Shown in pieces: positions 1 to 14,598 of a stretch of DNA of 64,000 nucleotides. The notes under the pieces were generated by a model. That model was not told the origin of the DNA and did no database searches. It saw nothing but the letters and a program-made list of their open reading frames with translations. The translations under genes were made by a program, and so were the position numbers. Every line of letters starts with the position of its first letter. The stretch's first letter is position 1. Source of the DNA: Chlorokybus atmophyticus (lineage: Eukaryota > Plantae > Mesostigma and Chlorokybus algae); the NCBI GenBank assembly GCA_009103225.1, contig RHPI01000385.1, positions 249,898 through 313,897 on the forward strand. Reading direction: 5' to 3'.

Positions 1-2429
1 TTGAGGTGTGGGGTGAGGGCAAGACACAGGACGAAGTGCGCGAACGGATAGAAGCTTTCCCATCAGAACGCAAGGTGAGAGCGTGTGCTATCTTGCACAC
101 GCTCAAACAAGCACAGTTTCATTATGAACACAACATCGTCGCGCTTACCACAATATTTGATGGCACTCATACAGGATCCGTATGTGCAACCAGGAAGCAC
201 ATTTAAGCTCATTGTTGATGGCTTTGGCCGCTCGTTCACATCGGAAGAAGCGCTTAACAGGATGGCAGAGTTCAGCAGCCTTCCTTTGCGTGGAACAGTC
301 AAGGTGAGGCAGTCGCAAACATTTGCCCGCAAGGGTGCAATCACATATACACACATACATGCAACAGCCAACCATGTTGATACAGCAGCTTGCAACTTAG
401 TTGGACTGGTAACGCAGCTGTCCAACCCTGAAAACAAGTTCTGGATAATTGAAAGCGTCGGCACAGAGGTATGCAGTCTGTCTCTTTGATTGTTTGCTGG
501 TTGTAGTGCATTTTCGTGTGCATGTGTGTGTGTGTGTGTGTGCGCTTGCATGCGTATGCGCGCTTACATGCCTGCGAGTGTGCGGCGCAAACCAGTGCTT
601 GCTTGCCTGCCTGTTTTTGCGCTTGTTCTCATTCTGCAAATATCTCCTTGTTGGCCACTTGATGCGTTTTCATATGTGGTTGAGTGACTGCGCTCCGGTT
701 CAGGTTGTGAACAATGGCTTGCCCCAGTTCAGCGAAAAGCGCATGTACTTTGCACGTGAGGTCGCTTTCGGGGACCGTGCAGTGTGCACCAGATATGCGC
801 TCAAGTACCGGCGGTTCCTTGGTCCGACCAGTATGGACTGTGAGGCAAGGTTGATTTTCCCTGCTGCATAGTTTTCTTGCAATGACACCTTGTCACCGCA
901 GTCAAGTCAGGATACTTATATGCACATCGATTAATACTGTCAGTAGCTGCTGAGCCAAATACTCAGAGCAGGTTCCTGCCATCAATGCTGATGTAAAAGG
1001 CGCAAGAGCATGGGGGGCCTGACTCGTGTTATGGATGATGCAGCTGGCGCTCATCATGGCAAACCTTGGGCACGCTAGACCAGGAACGCTGGTGTATGAC
1101 CCTTTTGTTGGTGAGTTGTAACTCTTGCACCCAGTGTTTAGTGGCATCCCTATATACTCTCATGTCAGGTGCAGCCCTTGTGCACGCACGTCCTTGCATT
1201 GATATTGTTCATGATTGCAGGCACTGGTAGCATCCTCATCGCTGCTGCGCACTATGGCTCGCATACGATTGGCGCGGACATCGACATCCGCATCCTGAGA
1301 GACGGACGAGGAGACAACAACATATGGACCAACTTCAGGTGCAATAGTTATGGAAGCAATAGGTGCCATGTTTATCGCGTGCGCGCGGTGCATGCGTATC
1401 ACAGGAGTATGGCAACTGACTGATAAGCAATCTCTTGTTGCAGGGATTACGGTCTGAACGCGCCTTTGGGTATCATACGCTGCGACAACAGCATGCCAGC
1501 TTTTCGGCACAACATGCGCGGCGTGTTTGACGCGATCATATGCGATCCACCTTATGGCGTGAGGGCCGGAGGTCAGTATGGTACAAGAGTAGCGCACGCA
1601 CTCTACCCATCTCCGTCATATCAACTATCGTTCCGCCCAGGTAGGAAGTCTGGTGGACGCAAAATCCTCAAAGGTCAGAAAGAGGCGTACACCGTGCCGG
1701 AGGAGATGAAGTTCAATCACATACCCTCCACCGCACCTTACACGCTGGCAGAGTGCTTGCATGACCTGCTGGACCTCGCTGCGCGCTCCCTCGTTATGCA
1801 GGTCAGAGTTGTTGCAGGCAGTCTGAGCAAACCAATACATGTTGACTGTGCGTGTACGCGCTGGTCTGTACTGTGCACATGTGCACGGATGTATGTGTTG
1901 GTGGGTGTGTCGCCGTGTGTTGCCACGTGTGTGCGTGTGTGTGCGTACGTATGCTTATGCTTATGCTTGTGCGTGTGTATCACAGGGTAGATTGGTGTAC
2001 ATGTTGCCGGCGCCCGTGGAGGAGTACACCGACGTCGACGTCCCCGTGCACGCGTGCTTCGAGCTGCTGCACAACTGCGAGCAGCTGGTGAGCAGCAAGT
2101 GGAGCCGCAGGCTCATAACCATGCGCAAGGTGAGGGAGTACACGTCGGAGATGGCGGCGGCCGCGGCCGCGGCCAAGAAGGCCTTCAAGGCGGCCTCGAG
2201 GGTCTCTCAAGGCGGCAATGGCAACGGCATCAACGGGTACAACATGAGGGAGGTGGCCATGACACCCTCGTCGGCTGCGTTGGGTGCTGCAGCACATGCG
2301 CACAGGACTTCCTCCATGAATGGCTGCTCTGATGCTGCTGCTGCTCATGCTTCTGGTGCTGCTGATGGTGATGCTGGTGTAGCTGCAGCTGTTCCCCCAC
2401 GCGCGCGGTACCGTGCCAAATATGTTTAA
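1..2429 (+). CDS. TRM11: tRNA (guanine-N2)-methyltransferase Trm11, spliced, 5' end outside window
   Basis: Exon peptides: VYDPFVG|TGSILIAAAHYGSHTIGADID (SAM-binding motif I), FDAIICDPPYGVRAGG (DPPY motif), GRLVYMLP, LVSSKWSRRLITMRK. GT-AG introns; stop TAA at 2427-2429. Confidence 0.9.
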
Positions 2430-2912
2430 TTGACACGTACAGTCTGATACAACCTAACAAATGTGTTGTCGCTCGCAACACATATTTCACTCTTCAGTGA
2501 CAGACCAACAACATGTGTCAAGCAGTTGTGAGACCCATATAAGACAATTGACTGTATAATCTGACACAAATAGCTTTGCGATATCAAACCTGACAGATGT
2601 GTTGTGGCTGGCAACACATACTTCAGTCTTCTATGAGAGAGCACAACATTAAGCAGTGAGACCCAATTGCCAGCAGTGAGACCTAATGCACATAAGACAA
2701 GAGACCGTATGTTTCAACCTGTGTGTATATGCCAACTCTGTACCACATGTCCTGCATGCACAATGCGCATTGATGCCATGAACAACCACACAGTTGTCAC
2801 AGCCGTTTCAGTTCTCTTCTCGGGCACTGCGAGTGCCAGAATGACTTGCACATATCACCTAGGACGCGTCAAGCGAAACATCACCCAAAGACAGACTTCA
2901 GTCCCTGCCCGC

Positions 2913-4217
2913 TCACCTCCCTCCATGGAAACACTCCTCCGCTAACCTACAAATCTCCCTGGTCCCGCCCTCTCCCGCCCCACCCCTCCCAACCCCCCTC
3001 TCCTCCACCCACCGTCGCAAGTCCGATGCGTCGTCGATGTCGAGCAGCACGGGCAAATCGGCCGAGCTGGCTGAAAGTCCTGCTGCGGCTGCCAGCTCCA
3101 GCGTCCTGGCTAGCACTGCTGACGTGCTCCACTCCACACCCTGCTGTTGTTGTTGTCGTTGTTGTTGTCGTGTGCGTGTGCGTGTGCGTGTGCGTGTGCG
3201 TGTGCGTGCGAGTGGGCACACATCCATTTCTCCATATGCGGTATTGACCCATGATTCTACCTGGAAGAGAGTGGGTTGGGGAGCGCGCAGGCCTATGAGG
3301 TAGTACCCGCCATCGACTGCGGGACCCAACACGACATCATAGCGGTCCTCAAGAAGACGGCAGGCCTGCGCGAAGATGTCCGCGGACAGGTCTGGCGCAT
3401 CAGTCCCGACAACAACAACCTGCAACATCGATCGACACACATTGTGTTACCACACACCCACATACCCACATACTACGTGAAGTGTTGGTCACACAACCCC
3501 CACCTTCCTGGCCCCGCTCTTGAAGGCCTCGCTGAAGGCTTCGCTCATGCGCACGCCCAAGTCGCCCTCAACTTGCGCGGTCACAACCAGACTCCCACTC
3601 TTGTTTTCATCACTGACTTTTTTGAGCCATTCTGCCACTGCGGAGACTTCTTTGGCCTCTGAGCAGCACACCACTGTGCTGTGCGGGATCGAGCACCTGC
3701 ATGCATGTGCGTGTGGGTGTGTACTTGTGCAGTTATGCTTGTGTGTGCATACGTATGCATGTGAATATGCACGAGCGTGTATGTGTGCGTGCTTGTGCCC
3801 GTGTGCATGCGAGCGCGTTCGTACGGTGAGGGGGAGATGGTTGAAAGCCTAAGCCTGACCCGTTGAAGGCTTACTGACGTGGACTGTGTGTGATTGTGCA
3901 GAGGGGGGCTGTGCTACATGTGCACGTGTTGTCATATATGCACAACTCTCAATGCCTGCAAGTTATGCGTTATTTCCCTAAACTTTGCGTCTCACATGCA
4001 TGTGCGTTAGCATGTAATCTTCCATTGCACATGCGCTCTTGCATGCTGACCTGAGCGCCTCTTTAACAGTCTTCTCCGCGCACGCCCTGTACACCTCCTT
4101 CGCCGCCTCCCCGCCAATCCCCGCCGCTAGCCTCGTCTTCACCCTCCCAGCCACAGGCAACCTCGCAAACACCACCAACACCGCCGCCGCCTCCTCCACC
4201 TCTGCAGCCTTGTCCAT
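2913..4217 (-). CDS. DUF2064 / TIGR04282-family nucleotidyl/glycosyltransferase-like protein, spliced
   Basis: VLVVFARLPVAGRVKTRLAAGIG; VVVGTDAPDL...VVLGPAVDGGYYLIGL; VEWSTSAVLARTL...LLDIDDASDL. These match the family hallmarks K.P..G..KTRL, GtD.P, GPa.DGGYyLiG and DiD...DL. Confidence 0.85.
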
Positions 4218-4359
4218 ACTCCCCCTCCTGGCGGAGGCGGCGGAGCAGCAGTAGGCGGAGGCGGCGGAGTAGGCGGTGGAGGTGGTTTAGGCGGCGGAGG
4301 AGGAGGAGGTTGTGATAGAGGCCGACAAGTATAGCTACAAGTACAGCTACAAGTACAAT

Positions 4360-7153
4360 ATGGCGGCGTTGCCGCCTAGTCAGCAAGGTGGTGGTGGTGA
4401 AGGTGGTGGTGGTCAATCTCAGGGCGTGCTTATGCAGCAGCTGAACCTGACGGCGGTGAGGTCCAGGGCGGCGGAGCTGCAGGGGGCAATTGCCAGGATC
4501 GCAGCCGCGTTTCATCACAGACAGCTGCACCCGCAAACACCATGGCACGTCCTACTCGTCGGCCTTGTTGTTGTTGTTGTTGTTGTTGGACTGATGGTTT
4601 TTGGGGTGATTGCGTTGAGCGATGGATTGATAGGGTGATTGAATCTTGCAATGAGTGATTGGTTTGTGGGGCCGTTGTAACCAACTCTTCAGCAGTGATC
4701 AAGTTGTATTCGCTCTGTGGCAGGAATGACGCTGTGGCGCAGTTTGCTGTGCTCAACGCCCAGCTGTACTCACTCGCAGGTGCGTCGTGCGTGTCAAGTT
4801 CGTTAGTCGTTTATTCCTTTTTTCTCCTTGCCATCTGTCAAGTGCGTCATTGTTGCATGCAAGGAGTTGGCATGCATAGGAAATGTTGGTGCTGTTTGCT
4901 ACTGCTGCTCTTGCTGCTGATAGAAATGAGAATGGAATGAAATATCGTCTGTTATGATGTTGTCGGTTTCAAAAGTCTGTTGCACGCACGCAGATGAGAT
5001 CAAGCCTATACTCAAGATGTTCGTCACGTACCCGAAGCAAGTCACCACAGAAAATGCCAAAGGTGGTGGTGGTGGTGCTGCTGCTGCTGCTGCTGATGAT
5101 GATGATGACGTTACTGTTGTCGTTGTTGTAGTTGATGGTGAGTTGTGCTTGCAGTGCTCCCGATCATGCTGTCGTCAAAGCTCCTGCCCGAGATGGAGGC
5201 CGAGTGCGAGGGCGAGAAGGCCGTGCTGACATCGGCCTCGGCGGGAACAACAACATCCAGCGAAACCCTCGATCGCCTTCAGGCAAGACTTCACATCTGT
5301 CGCTGAAATGCCACTAAGTTATCGTGTTACACAGCCACACCTCCATGGCAATCACACCCACACTCACACCAGCACACTCGGACTGGCACGCGCACCCATG
5401 CGAGCACACACACTGTGTGTGCCTGCGTGGGTATTTGCGCACACATGTACGCACGCGCGCACGCCCGCCCACCCACCCACCCACGCACACCCACCCACAC
5501 CCACCCACCCACACACCCACAACTCTCAATCCCCCACCTGCTCCTTCTCCTTGATCGCGACGCCAAACCTCCCCCTGATCGCTTTGAGGAAGCCGCACGC
5601 GAGGGCGGCGACGCGGCGCTCGCGGTCGAGGAGGGACTGCGTCGCGGACAGTTGCTGGGAGGAGTACTCGAGCTCCGCCCTCGTCAAACCGTGGCGACGG
5701 AGCTGTTGGGGGGAGAGAGTGTGTGTGTGGGTGTGTGGGTGGGTGTGTCGCGATTGGTAGGGATGGATGATGCTAATGGTGGTTTGTCTCATCAATGTCT
5801 ATCTTACCTCTTCTGCGAGGCCGTTGTTGGAGCTCTCGATCGTCTTCTTGAGCTCGAGTGTGGCGTCCTTGGCTATCTGGACATCTACTGCACGACAGAA
5901 GCAGCACACGACGAGAGAGNTTCAGTTTTGTTGGGGTGTGCGTTGGCGTTGTGCGTGGTGCTGTGTTGCATGGTGGTGAGAGCGACTGCGTGTTCGTACT
6001 CACGCGCAGGCACGAGCACACACATGCACCTGCATATGCACATGCCCTCGTGACATGCTCGTGACACGTGCACTGGCGCACACACGCACATGTGCCTGCG
6101 CACGCAAGCACACGTCCACGCCTCCTCACGTACACGCACACGCATGCAGGGCTGAGGGTGCCGAGGGATGCGGCGCAAGCTGGAGTGAGTATGGTGCCAA
6201 ACACAGCCGGCAGACCTCCAAGTAAGTCAACTCTCATGCTGAGACGTGCACACTACATCTCTTGTTTTCCGCTAGCCGCATCCATACAAGATGCACGCAC
6301 CCGTTCACACTTTGTGCACATGTCTGCTCGTGTCACCATACATGCCCAAGTTGTGGGTGTAAAGACCGCCTGCTCTCACGCTCATCAACTCACACTCATA
6401 TCTAATACAGCTGCCCCAGTGCCATCCGTATCAACTCCGCGTTCAGCCCTGCTCTCCGCATCCTCACCAGGCCAGCAGCAAGCACAACAACAACAGCAGC
6501 AAGCGCACATGATGATGCAGCAGCAGCCGACACCGCCAGGAGGAGGAGCGGGCCGAGGAGGAGTCAACGCGCGCACGCCACCGAACGCTATGGGAAGCCC
6601 CGCGGCCTCGTCACCGGATTTGTACATACAACACGTAAGAGAGAATTGTGTTGTGGATTGTTGGTTTGCCGTTTGTGTGTGAGAGCACGTCCACTCGTAT
6701 GCACGTGTGCGCGCATGCGTGTGCATGTGTGTTTGTATGTTTATATGGTTGTGTATATGGTGGTACGCGTGCTTACAGGTGAATGCGGCTCGGACGCCTC
6801 CTATGGCGCCGATATCCGCACCATTGCAGGGGCGCAGTCCCGGCGGCCTCGGCGCGGGTGGTATGGTTGGCGTGGGTGGCGTGGGCGTGGGCGTGGGCAA
6901 CGTTGGCGTCGGGGTTGGCGTGGGCGGGGTGGGCGTCGGGGTTGGGGGCGTGGGGCAGAACGTGTTGCAGCAACAGCAGTCGCAGCAGCGGGCCGCGGCC
7001 AAGCGAAACAGCCCTGGCGATACAGGTGATGTTGTGTGCCAGACGCGTGTACTTTATGTCTGTTGGGTTTCCCTCCTTCTCATGTGACACGCATCGTACT
7101 CCTCGGCAGGTATGGGAAGAGGCTATGCGCAGCAGAAGGCTCCCAAGCGATAA
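4360..7153 (+). CDS. MED8: Mediator of RNA polymerase II transcription subunit 8 (plant-type), spliced
   Basis: QLNLTAVRSRAAELQGAIARI; AVAQFAVLNAQLYSL; EIKPILKMFVTYPKQVTTENAK; VLPIMLSSKLLPEMEAE (5153-5210) resemble plant MED8 N-terminal blocks. Q-rich and Gly/Val-rich C-terminus; last exon 7110-7153 ends TAA. Confidence 0.8.
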
Positions 7154-7660
7154 TCAATGAATGAACAAAGCACCTTCGCCAAACCCAACCTGTGACTCAA
7201 TTCCTTGCCAGTATAGTGCATGCTGCTTGCGACTCACCAGTAGTATACAGCCATTGGCAATTGCAACTGATCAGTATGAAATTGCACTGCCCCCACGCTG
7301 AAACTTTTCTACAGACGTGAGGTTGCAGCTATAGCATGTTACAGCATACGCAAGTCCTTACAACATACGTCACTACGCAATGGTGAGTGGCCGTGTTGGC
7401 CCTCCTCAGCCTACGCTGCTCAATACCATATTGATAGGTTATTGTAGGCTTGCAACACAGCATGCATTATCACCAGCGTGTACAGTACCTGCTCTCAACC
7501 TGCGCATGGCACACTAACTGGCCAATGAACGAGTGCAAGCACCAGGCAACAGACGCTACTACTAGCCACGCCATGACAAACCAACCAGAAACTCACATAA
7601 CCAATAGCCAATCAGTGTCCTTACACTCAACTACAGCTACACACAAACCCAACCTCACAA

Positions 7661-10600
7661 TCATCTATCCTTCTTCGGTTCCGATGATGGCGCGGATGCG
7701 GACGCGCTTGCACCAGCATCAACCCCGTCTGCTGCACTACCGTCTGCGATTGCCGCGGGCTGGCTCGCGGCGTCGGCCTCTTGACCCCCGAACCCGAACT
7801 CGTTCACGCGCTTGGCGTCCACAGGGTAGATCCACCGTTGATACACGTAGATCAAAAAGACCACATCTGCAGCCAATATCCACTTAGCGCTTCAAAGGAT
7901 GGTATGATTACTGACACTGTTATATCTATTCCAATTATTAATGTTATTATTGTTACTGTAATCACTGATACTACTACTGGAGCTTCACAGGGATACAAAG
8001 TGTATCAATATCAGTAGTAGTAATAGTAGTAGTAGTGTTAGTCATAATAATAATAGTAGTTGTTGTTGTGGGATTTGTTATTGTTGCATGAACTGAAGTG
8101 GTGCTTGTTACCGTCACGGAAGCAGCTGATACGGTGCAGCATCGGCATCTTGATAATGAATGCGAAGAGGTCGTCGATGATGGTATTGAGGAACTTGTAC
8201 GTCATCTGTCTCCACGGGAGGTGTGCGACGCTCTTCATCTTGTAGTTGATAAAGAGCTGGGGTGTCATCATGATGAAGCCGAACGTGTACACGGATCCCG
8301 TGAGCGTGCCCAACACCCACGAGTACCAGCTCTTGTGCGTCTCGTACAACAGCGAATACACCGAATAACCCGCCACGAGAGGGTAACAGACCCAACTCAG
8401 GTACTTCATCGCGAGCTGGTCATACTCCTTCGTCTTGTTGCCAGCGTACGTCTCCCTGTCCTCGAACTTTAGTGTCGGGAACATGCCAGACCGGTCCACC
8501 GACACCTTCATCGCCTTGCCGATCTTCCAGAACTCAATCAGCACGCCGATGCCCGCGCTGATGATAATCATCCAGGAGGTTTTATTGTCTAATAGGTACA
8601 GGAAGATAACCACCTGCAGACACAGCACAGGATGACACATAAGCACATGCATGCAAGCCAGCTGCATCAATGCAACGACCTTTATTTAATTGACTCGCAC
8701 CTGACAGAAACAGTTTATGACGATAGTGCGCAGGGAGAGACCCTCCATGGACTTGTTATTTCTCCAGAAGTTAATGTCTGCATAGCCACACACACAAACG
8801 TCAGTGCAAAACACAAGCAAATCAACAGGCCTTACCCTATTGGAGATCGTGCAAAGAGTCAAACATAATGTAAGACACTATCAAGTAACCATGGAAACTT
8901 CAGGTTGAAGACGATGCAAGTGTTCTGTGTAGCCAAATTTGTACATAACGTCCATTGTACCATTCTTGAATGCGAGGACATCAAAAACAGTGTGGAGCAG
9001 CGTGACCGCCATGGTGAGCGCGAGCAGGTAGGGGTTGCTCTCCACCAACATGCGCTTGAACTCGTCCGAGTCGTTCTCGCCCAGGGCGCCCATGGATTGC
9101 TGCATCTTAAAGCTCGCATCAAGCTGGAGCTGCAGTTGCCACCACCACGACTTGGCTATTCCAACCTGTACATGCGTACACATGGCCAACTTATGTCACC
9201 GAGACAACATCAGCACACGAACAGCATGTGGTCGAGTTGTGAGTGTACACAACACGGATGCAGCGTGTAGAGTGTACAGTGTCATTCACCTCTAAGTGGA
9301 ACGGCACTTCTGAGACAGTGTCATTGAGTGCTATTCTTGTGTCTTTGAACGCCCAAAACTCGTTCAGGTATACGATGGGGAAGTACTGGCCCGAGTAGGG
9401 CTCGATGTGCAGCTCTGCAGTTGAAGAGTCAAGGACAAGCACAGCAAAGCAGCTCAGCAGTAGTGGGTTGTTAACATGCAGCATGGAACTTGTTGTTGTG
9501 TAGGATACGATCGCTCAAGTGCGCTGGTATGCTCCCCACCGCCCAACTGTTGACAGCAAAAGGTTGTTACAATCAGCTCAATGAGTACAAATGCAACATC
9601 AACAGTTACTCAAGCCAATATTCATGAGTTGGCTGACCTGGTGAACTCGTCCACCAGATTTATTGTGATGTTGGGTTTCCAATACGAGATCCACTCTTGA
9701 GCCTCTGTTGATAGCAGAGTCTCATTGTCTTGTGACCCGTCGACCACTTGTTCCTGCAAGTGCAAGTGAGTGAGCATGAAACAACTTGTCCAAAGCGACA
9801 GCTACCAGCAATAAAACTCCTCTGAGTTGAAGCAACACATCATGCGTGATGAAATGAAATTCTCCGTGCATGCTGACTGTGCCTTGCCTCTGACCCGCTT
9901 GTTATACCGCCGAGCAGGTTCTTTTTCACTATGTTTTTGGGTGGCTTATCATACACCGTTTGTCCTGCAGCAGAACACGCGTCAATTCTCTCACCACCAA
10001 CCAAACAACTGTTGCTGAGGCTTGTCTGTGAATAAGTGATTGCTGCTTACTCTGTGATTTTCCAAACACGGACAGTTTATCATATGTGGGATCCATCGGG
10101 TCCGGCGACCTCCCGTTGCGCGCGAAGAACACGTGCAAGTACACGGTGGCATTGTGCTGTGCTTCCTGCAAGTAAACGTATAGCACACGTTGTACTCGAC
10201 TTTGGTTCACACAAGTGTAATGACACAAGCGTGACACAGTGTGTCACACTTACATAGGACGGGCGATACACGGTGGACATATTGCGGCTTGCGGATGGAT
10301 GCTGCGTGAGTGGTATGGCCGCCTCGTGCCATATCAGCGCCTGCTGGTCGTTGAAGTCGGTGAAGCGCAGGTCCTCGCTCAAGTAAACCCACAAGTCCAC
10401 CAGCTGCACACCACAGCAAGCGAGCACACATACAGTCAGAATGACACATAAGTGATGTGCGAGGCAGCTGCTGGCAGCTATATGCAAAATGACAAAACTG
10501 TATTTGAAGCAATAACGATTGTGACAAGCTATACTGTATAAGCTGCATGCATGCTTCTGCTGCTAGCACACGCTTAGTATACGCATGAATGCCAAGCGTG

Positions 10601-11030
10601 CGGTTGGCAAACAAGTGCAATTGAGGCTCAGCAGTAGCCAAGCAGGCAACAGTCTAGGGACAGCATTCAACACAGCCCGCATTGACAAGCACACCACCAC
10701 GACAGCCAATGCCAGCTGGAATGCTTTCACAGCTATCAACATGCACAATGCTAAGCATGCTACGCCTATATCTCGTCCGTCACAGCGCAAGCTGACCTCT
10801 CCTTTGCGGAAGAGCGGGCCGACGGCGGGGCCGTTTTGGCCTGGCGTCTTCTTCTTGAACAGCGACGTCATCAACCACCATATGAACGCTGTGCGTATGA
10901 GGTTACCGAAGAACCCTCCGAAGCCGCCGCCTCCCCTGCCAGGAAGCTGAGGCAACGCCGGCCCGCCTACGGCTCCTCCTCCTCCCGGAACTCCTCCCGG
11001 GGCCGCCACCACCGCCACCGGTGGCGCCAT
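7661..11030 (-). CDS. CLPTM1: CLPTM1-family multi-pass membrane protein (lipid scramblase-like), spliced
   Basis: SNPYLLALTMAVTLLHTVFDVLAFKN; FIMMTPQLFINYKMKSVAHLPWRQMTYKFLNTIIDDLFAFIIKMPMLHRISCFRD; DVVFLIYVYQRWIYPVDAKRVNEFG. Confidence 0.95.
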
Positions 11031-11496
11031 GCTACTGCTCCGCTTCTCACCAGGCCGCCCGCCTTAGATCCTACCGCCGCCGCCTTGGCCTGGCCCGCCG
11101 TACTAGACTAACGCCAACGCTTGGCCTGGTCTAGCCTGGTCTGGCCTGGTCTAGCCTGGCCTGGCTGGCGAGCAAAAATGGTGGGCGAAAAGTCCAGCCA
11201 GCCTATGTGACCTAACGACAGCGGACAAAGCCTGATGTGTTCAAGAAATGTAGAGCTGAAGTGGCGGTCAGCAAGGGAAAACGATTCGGACATATCGATG
11301 TGACTGATTGGTGCTGTTGTAACCACCCCAGACAACCACCCTTTGACCGGCAGAAAAGGGACAAGGCGCAATGTGTTGGCTGCACTGCTGTGGACAAGGA
11401 TGAGAGCGGCGGCGGCGGACGCAGCGGTGGCGGAGGAGGAGGAGGAGGAGGACGACGACATATAGGGTGTCTAGGAGTAGCCAACTGACTGCAGCG

Positions 11497-14400
11497 ATGG
11501 GGCTTCCGGTGGACACTTGCGGTTTGGGTCAGCAGCTGACGACGGAGGCTTGCGCTCTGCTTGCGATGGAGGCGGAGTACCGCCTGCGTGAGGTCATCCA
11601 GGAGGCCCTCAAGCTCATGCGCCACTCCAAGCGAAGCACTGTACGCACGGACGACGTAAATCAGGCGCTGCGCCTCCGCAATGCTGAGGTGGGGCACAAT
11701 GACACTTGATTGGCGTCTTCACAACACATTCATATCACAAGGCTCATGCCAGGGGTGAGGGCTTGATCCGTATGTTTTGCGGCTGTTACTATCAATACGT
11801 GAAGCATGTCAGTAGAAGAAGAAGAAGAAAGAATCAACTGTGTCGTACAAGCACGCCAGTCTATGTACATTTGTGCACATGAGCTGCATGCGTGCGTCTA
11901 CAGCTAGATCACACAGCTAAGTGAGTTGGTATTTTACATGTTACGTGCGCGTGCGCTGTCGCATACACGTGCATGGCCACATGCACGCATGTGGCCATAA
12001 CCTTTATGCACATACGCAAGCAAATGCACACACCCACGCATATGCATGCATACATACACACTGTGTGAGGGTGTCACGCACGCCTATTGGTCTTAGCGCT
12101 TGCTAATGGTATCTGGTTGTCGTTTTGCAGGCACTGTACGGCTTCTCTTCATCCGAATCCGTCAAGTTTAAGCAAGCCATTGGCAGCGCAGACGTGTACT
12201 ATATCGAAGACAACTTTGTAGAGTTTAGCGACGTAAGCACTGTGTCGCTCGGTTCGTCCGCCATCATGTGACAAATGGACTACTGGTCATTTACACCAGT
12301 CTCAGCTCACATTGACATGCGGCTTCGTGGCTTTGCGTGCAGATAACAGAAGCACCTTTGCCAAAGGTTCCCGTTGACGTGTCCATAGTCCCACATTGGC
12401 TGGCAATCGAAGGTGTGCAGGTAATACAAAGCTGGAAACACTTGCCACAATGAGTAGTGTAGTTGGCCTACTTACAGCTTTGACACGTCAAACATGTTTT
12501 GTATACTTGTGCGCGCGTGCACACACGTGACGTGTGCGTGTGCGTGTGTGTGAGTAATTACTTGCGTGTGTGTTGTTCAGCCAGCCATACCTGAGAATGC
12601 GCCATTGCACGATCCGGCCTCCGTCCCGCCTCCCGCGAAGAAGCCAAAGGCGGAGGGTACTATCACCGTTGTTGGCGAGGACGGCGTGCCGCGCGAGATC
12701 AAGCCTGCCGTCAAGCACGTGCTGTCGCAGGAGCTCCAGCTGTACTACGAGAAGATCGTCCAGCTGCTGCGCATCGGACACGGACCTCTCTTCCGCACCG
12801 CACTGACCAGCCTAGCCACAGACCCGGGACTGGCACAACTACTGCCATACTTCACGCAGTTTGTTACTGATGAGGTGCGCGCAGCATGTTGGGATGCGCA
12901 GCATGTTGATATGCGCTCAATAGGGTGTTGTTTTGTGCATGCATGTGCTGGTTGGGTCACATGTATTGGTGACACACATCACACCGATTGTGCTCAGTAG
13001 CTGCATGCTTGTTCAGGCAGGCATCATGATTGTGGTGTGGACTGACAAATGTGTTTGGCGTGACACTTGCGCAGGTCACGCGCAATCTTAGGAATGTGCC
13101 ACTTCTCCTTGCACGCATGCAATGCGTCCGCAGCTTGTTGGAGAACCCGCACTTGCACGTGGAGCCGTATGTACGCTGCTCACCTTGACATATATTGAGT
13201 GTGTTCCAGCATGCGTCTTTATGCCTATTGGCGCTGTTGTTAACACATACTGACTGTGACTGATGACACTTCATTGCAACCGCAGTTGCATCAGCTCATG
13301 CCGCCCATCATCACGTGCATTGTTGCTCGCCGGTTGGGTTCAAAGGCGATTGACAACCACTGGGGCCTGCGAGACTATGCCGCATCGTTGATTGCATTCG
13401 TTTGCAATAGGTGATTCCTGTAACTTGCTGGTTATGCATTCCTTACGTAGCCATGTTGCCAATTTGTTTGACCACTCAACCATTGCTCAGCTGTATGTTG
13501 ACCAGATTGCTGTGTGTTGCAGGTACGGCCATGCCTACCAAGACTTGCAGCCTCGCGTCACACGCACACTGGTTCGGACGTTTCTTGACCCGTCTCGAGC
13601 GATGACACAGCATTATGGTGCCATTGTCGGCCTGGCTGCGCTTGGATCTCGAGTGGTATGAACCAACAACAACTTGTCTTATATCTGCAATGAAGCGTGT
13701 GCGCCTGTCACACGCATCAAAATCCTGGTGTCGGCCACTCTGCAGGTGCAGCTTTTGGTGCTGCCCAACATGGCTGCCTATGTACAGCTTCTGAGAGAAG
13801 AGATGACTTTTGAGACGCAGAAGAATGAGGTCAAGCGATACGAAGCGTCGCGATGCTACGGCGCCATTCAGGTTGAACCAACCTCCATCTGAGATACATC
13901 ACATACAGCAGGAGATGTGTGCATCTCATATATATTGAGGTTGGCCTGCGCCACTGTTGTTTTGATTTCTAGCTTGTGTGCTCTCTCATTGCCGCAGCAT
14001 GCTGCTGGGATCTGCATGTACAAGCAGCTGGCCAAAGACCCGCGGTGGGCAGAACTCGCAGCTCGGAAGCCCCGAGCCAGCGTGCTTCGCACAGGTGACG
14101 ACGCAACACAAAACTTAACCCAACACATCGCAACTCTGTCAGACATGGCAGCCGCGTGATACTCACACATCAGAGCAACAGCCACATTCATGGTCATGCA
14201 GACGACAGTACTGTCCGCTAAGACAGTACTGCATAACATTGAACATGACTAGTGATCCATACCACTTGCGTGAGTGACTTATTTTTTTTGTTGTTTACCA
14301 AACAGGTGCGGGTATGGTGCGTCTTGCAATGGCCAACACAGCGCGGCGGAAGGCTCAGTCTCAAGATCGATTAGATGTTGCGCCGTCAGGTGAAGATCAA

Positions 14401-14598
14401 TCCGCCAGCGGGCAACCCGCGGGTACGAGTAACAACACGCAAGCAGCAGGGTTGTCCGTGTCGGCAGCCACCGCTTTGCAAGAAGCGTGGCGGACGGACG
14501 CGGATCCGGGGAGCCTCTTGGAACCGCTGTTCAAGCTGTTTGGAGAAGGCGTGTTGCCATACGTGCCTTCGACGTTGCTCGCATCAACTTTTGTTTGA
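11497..14598 (+). CDS. TAF6: TFIID subunit 6, spliced; start approximate
   Basis: Histone fold EYRLREVIQEALKLMRHSKRSTVRTDDVNQAL; VPIVPHWLAIEGVQP; VKHVLSQELQLYYEKI; TDPGLAQLLPYFTQFVTDE; DNHWGLRDYAASL; TQHYGAIVGLAALG. Confidence 0.95.

Noticed and set aside
5920-5920. Ambiguous base N after an AG run
   Set aside because: Probably an assembly gap in a MED8 intron, not a biological feature; local coordinates and length may be unreliable.
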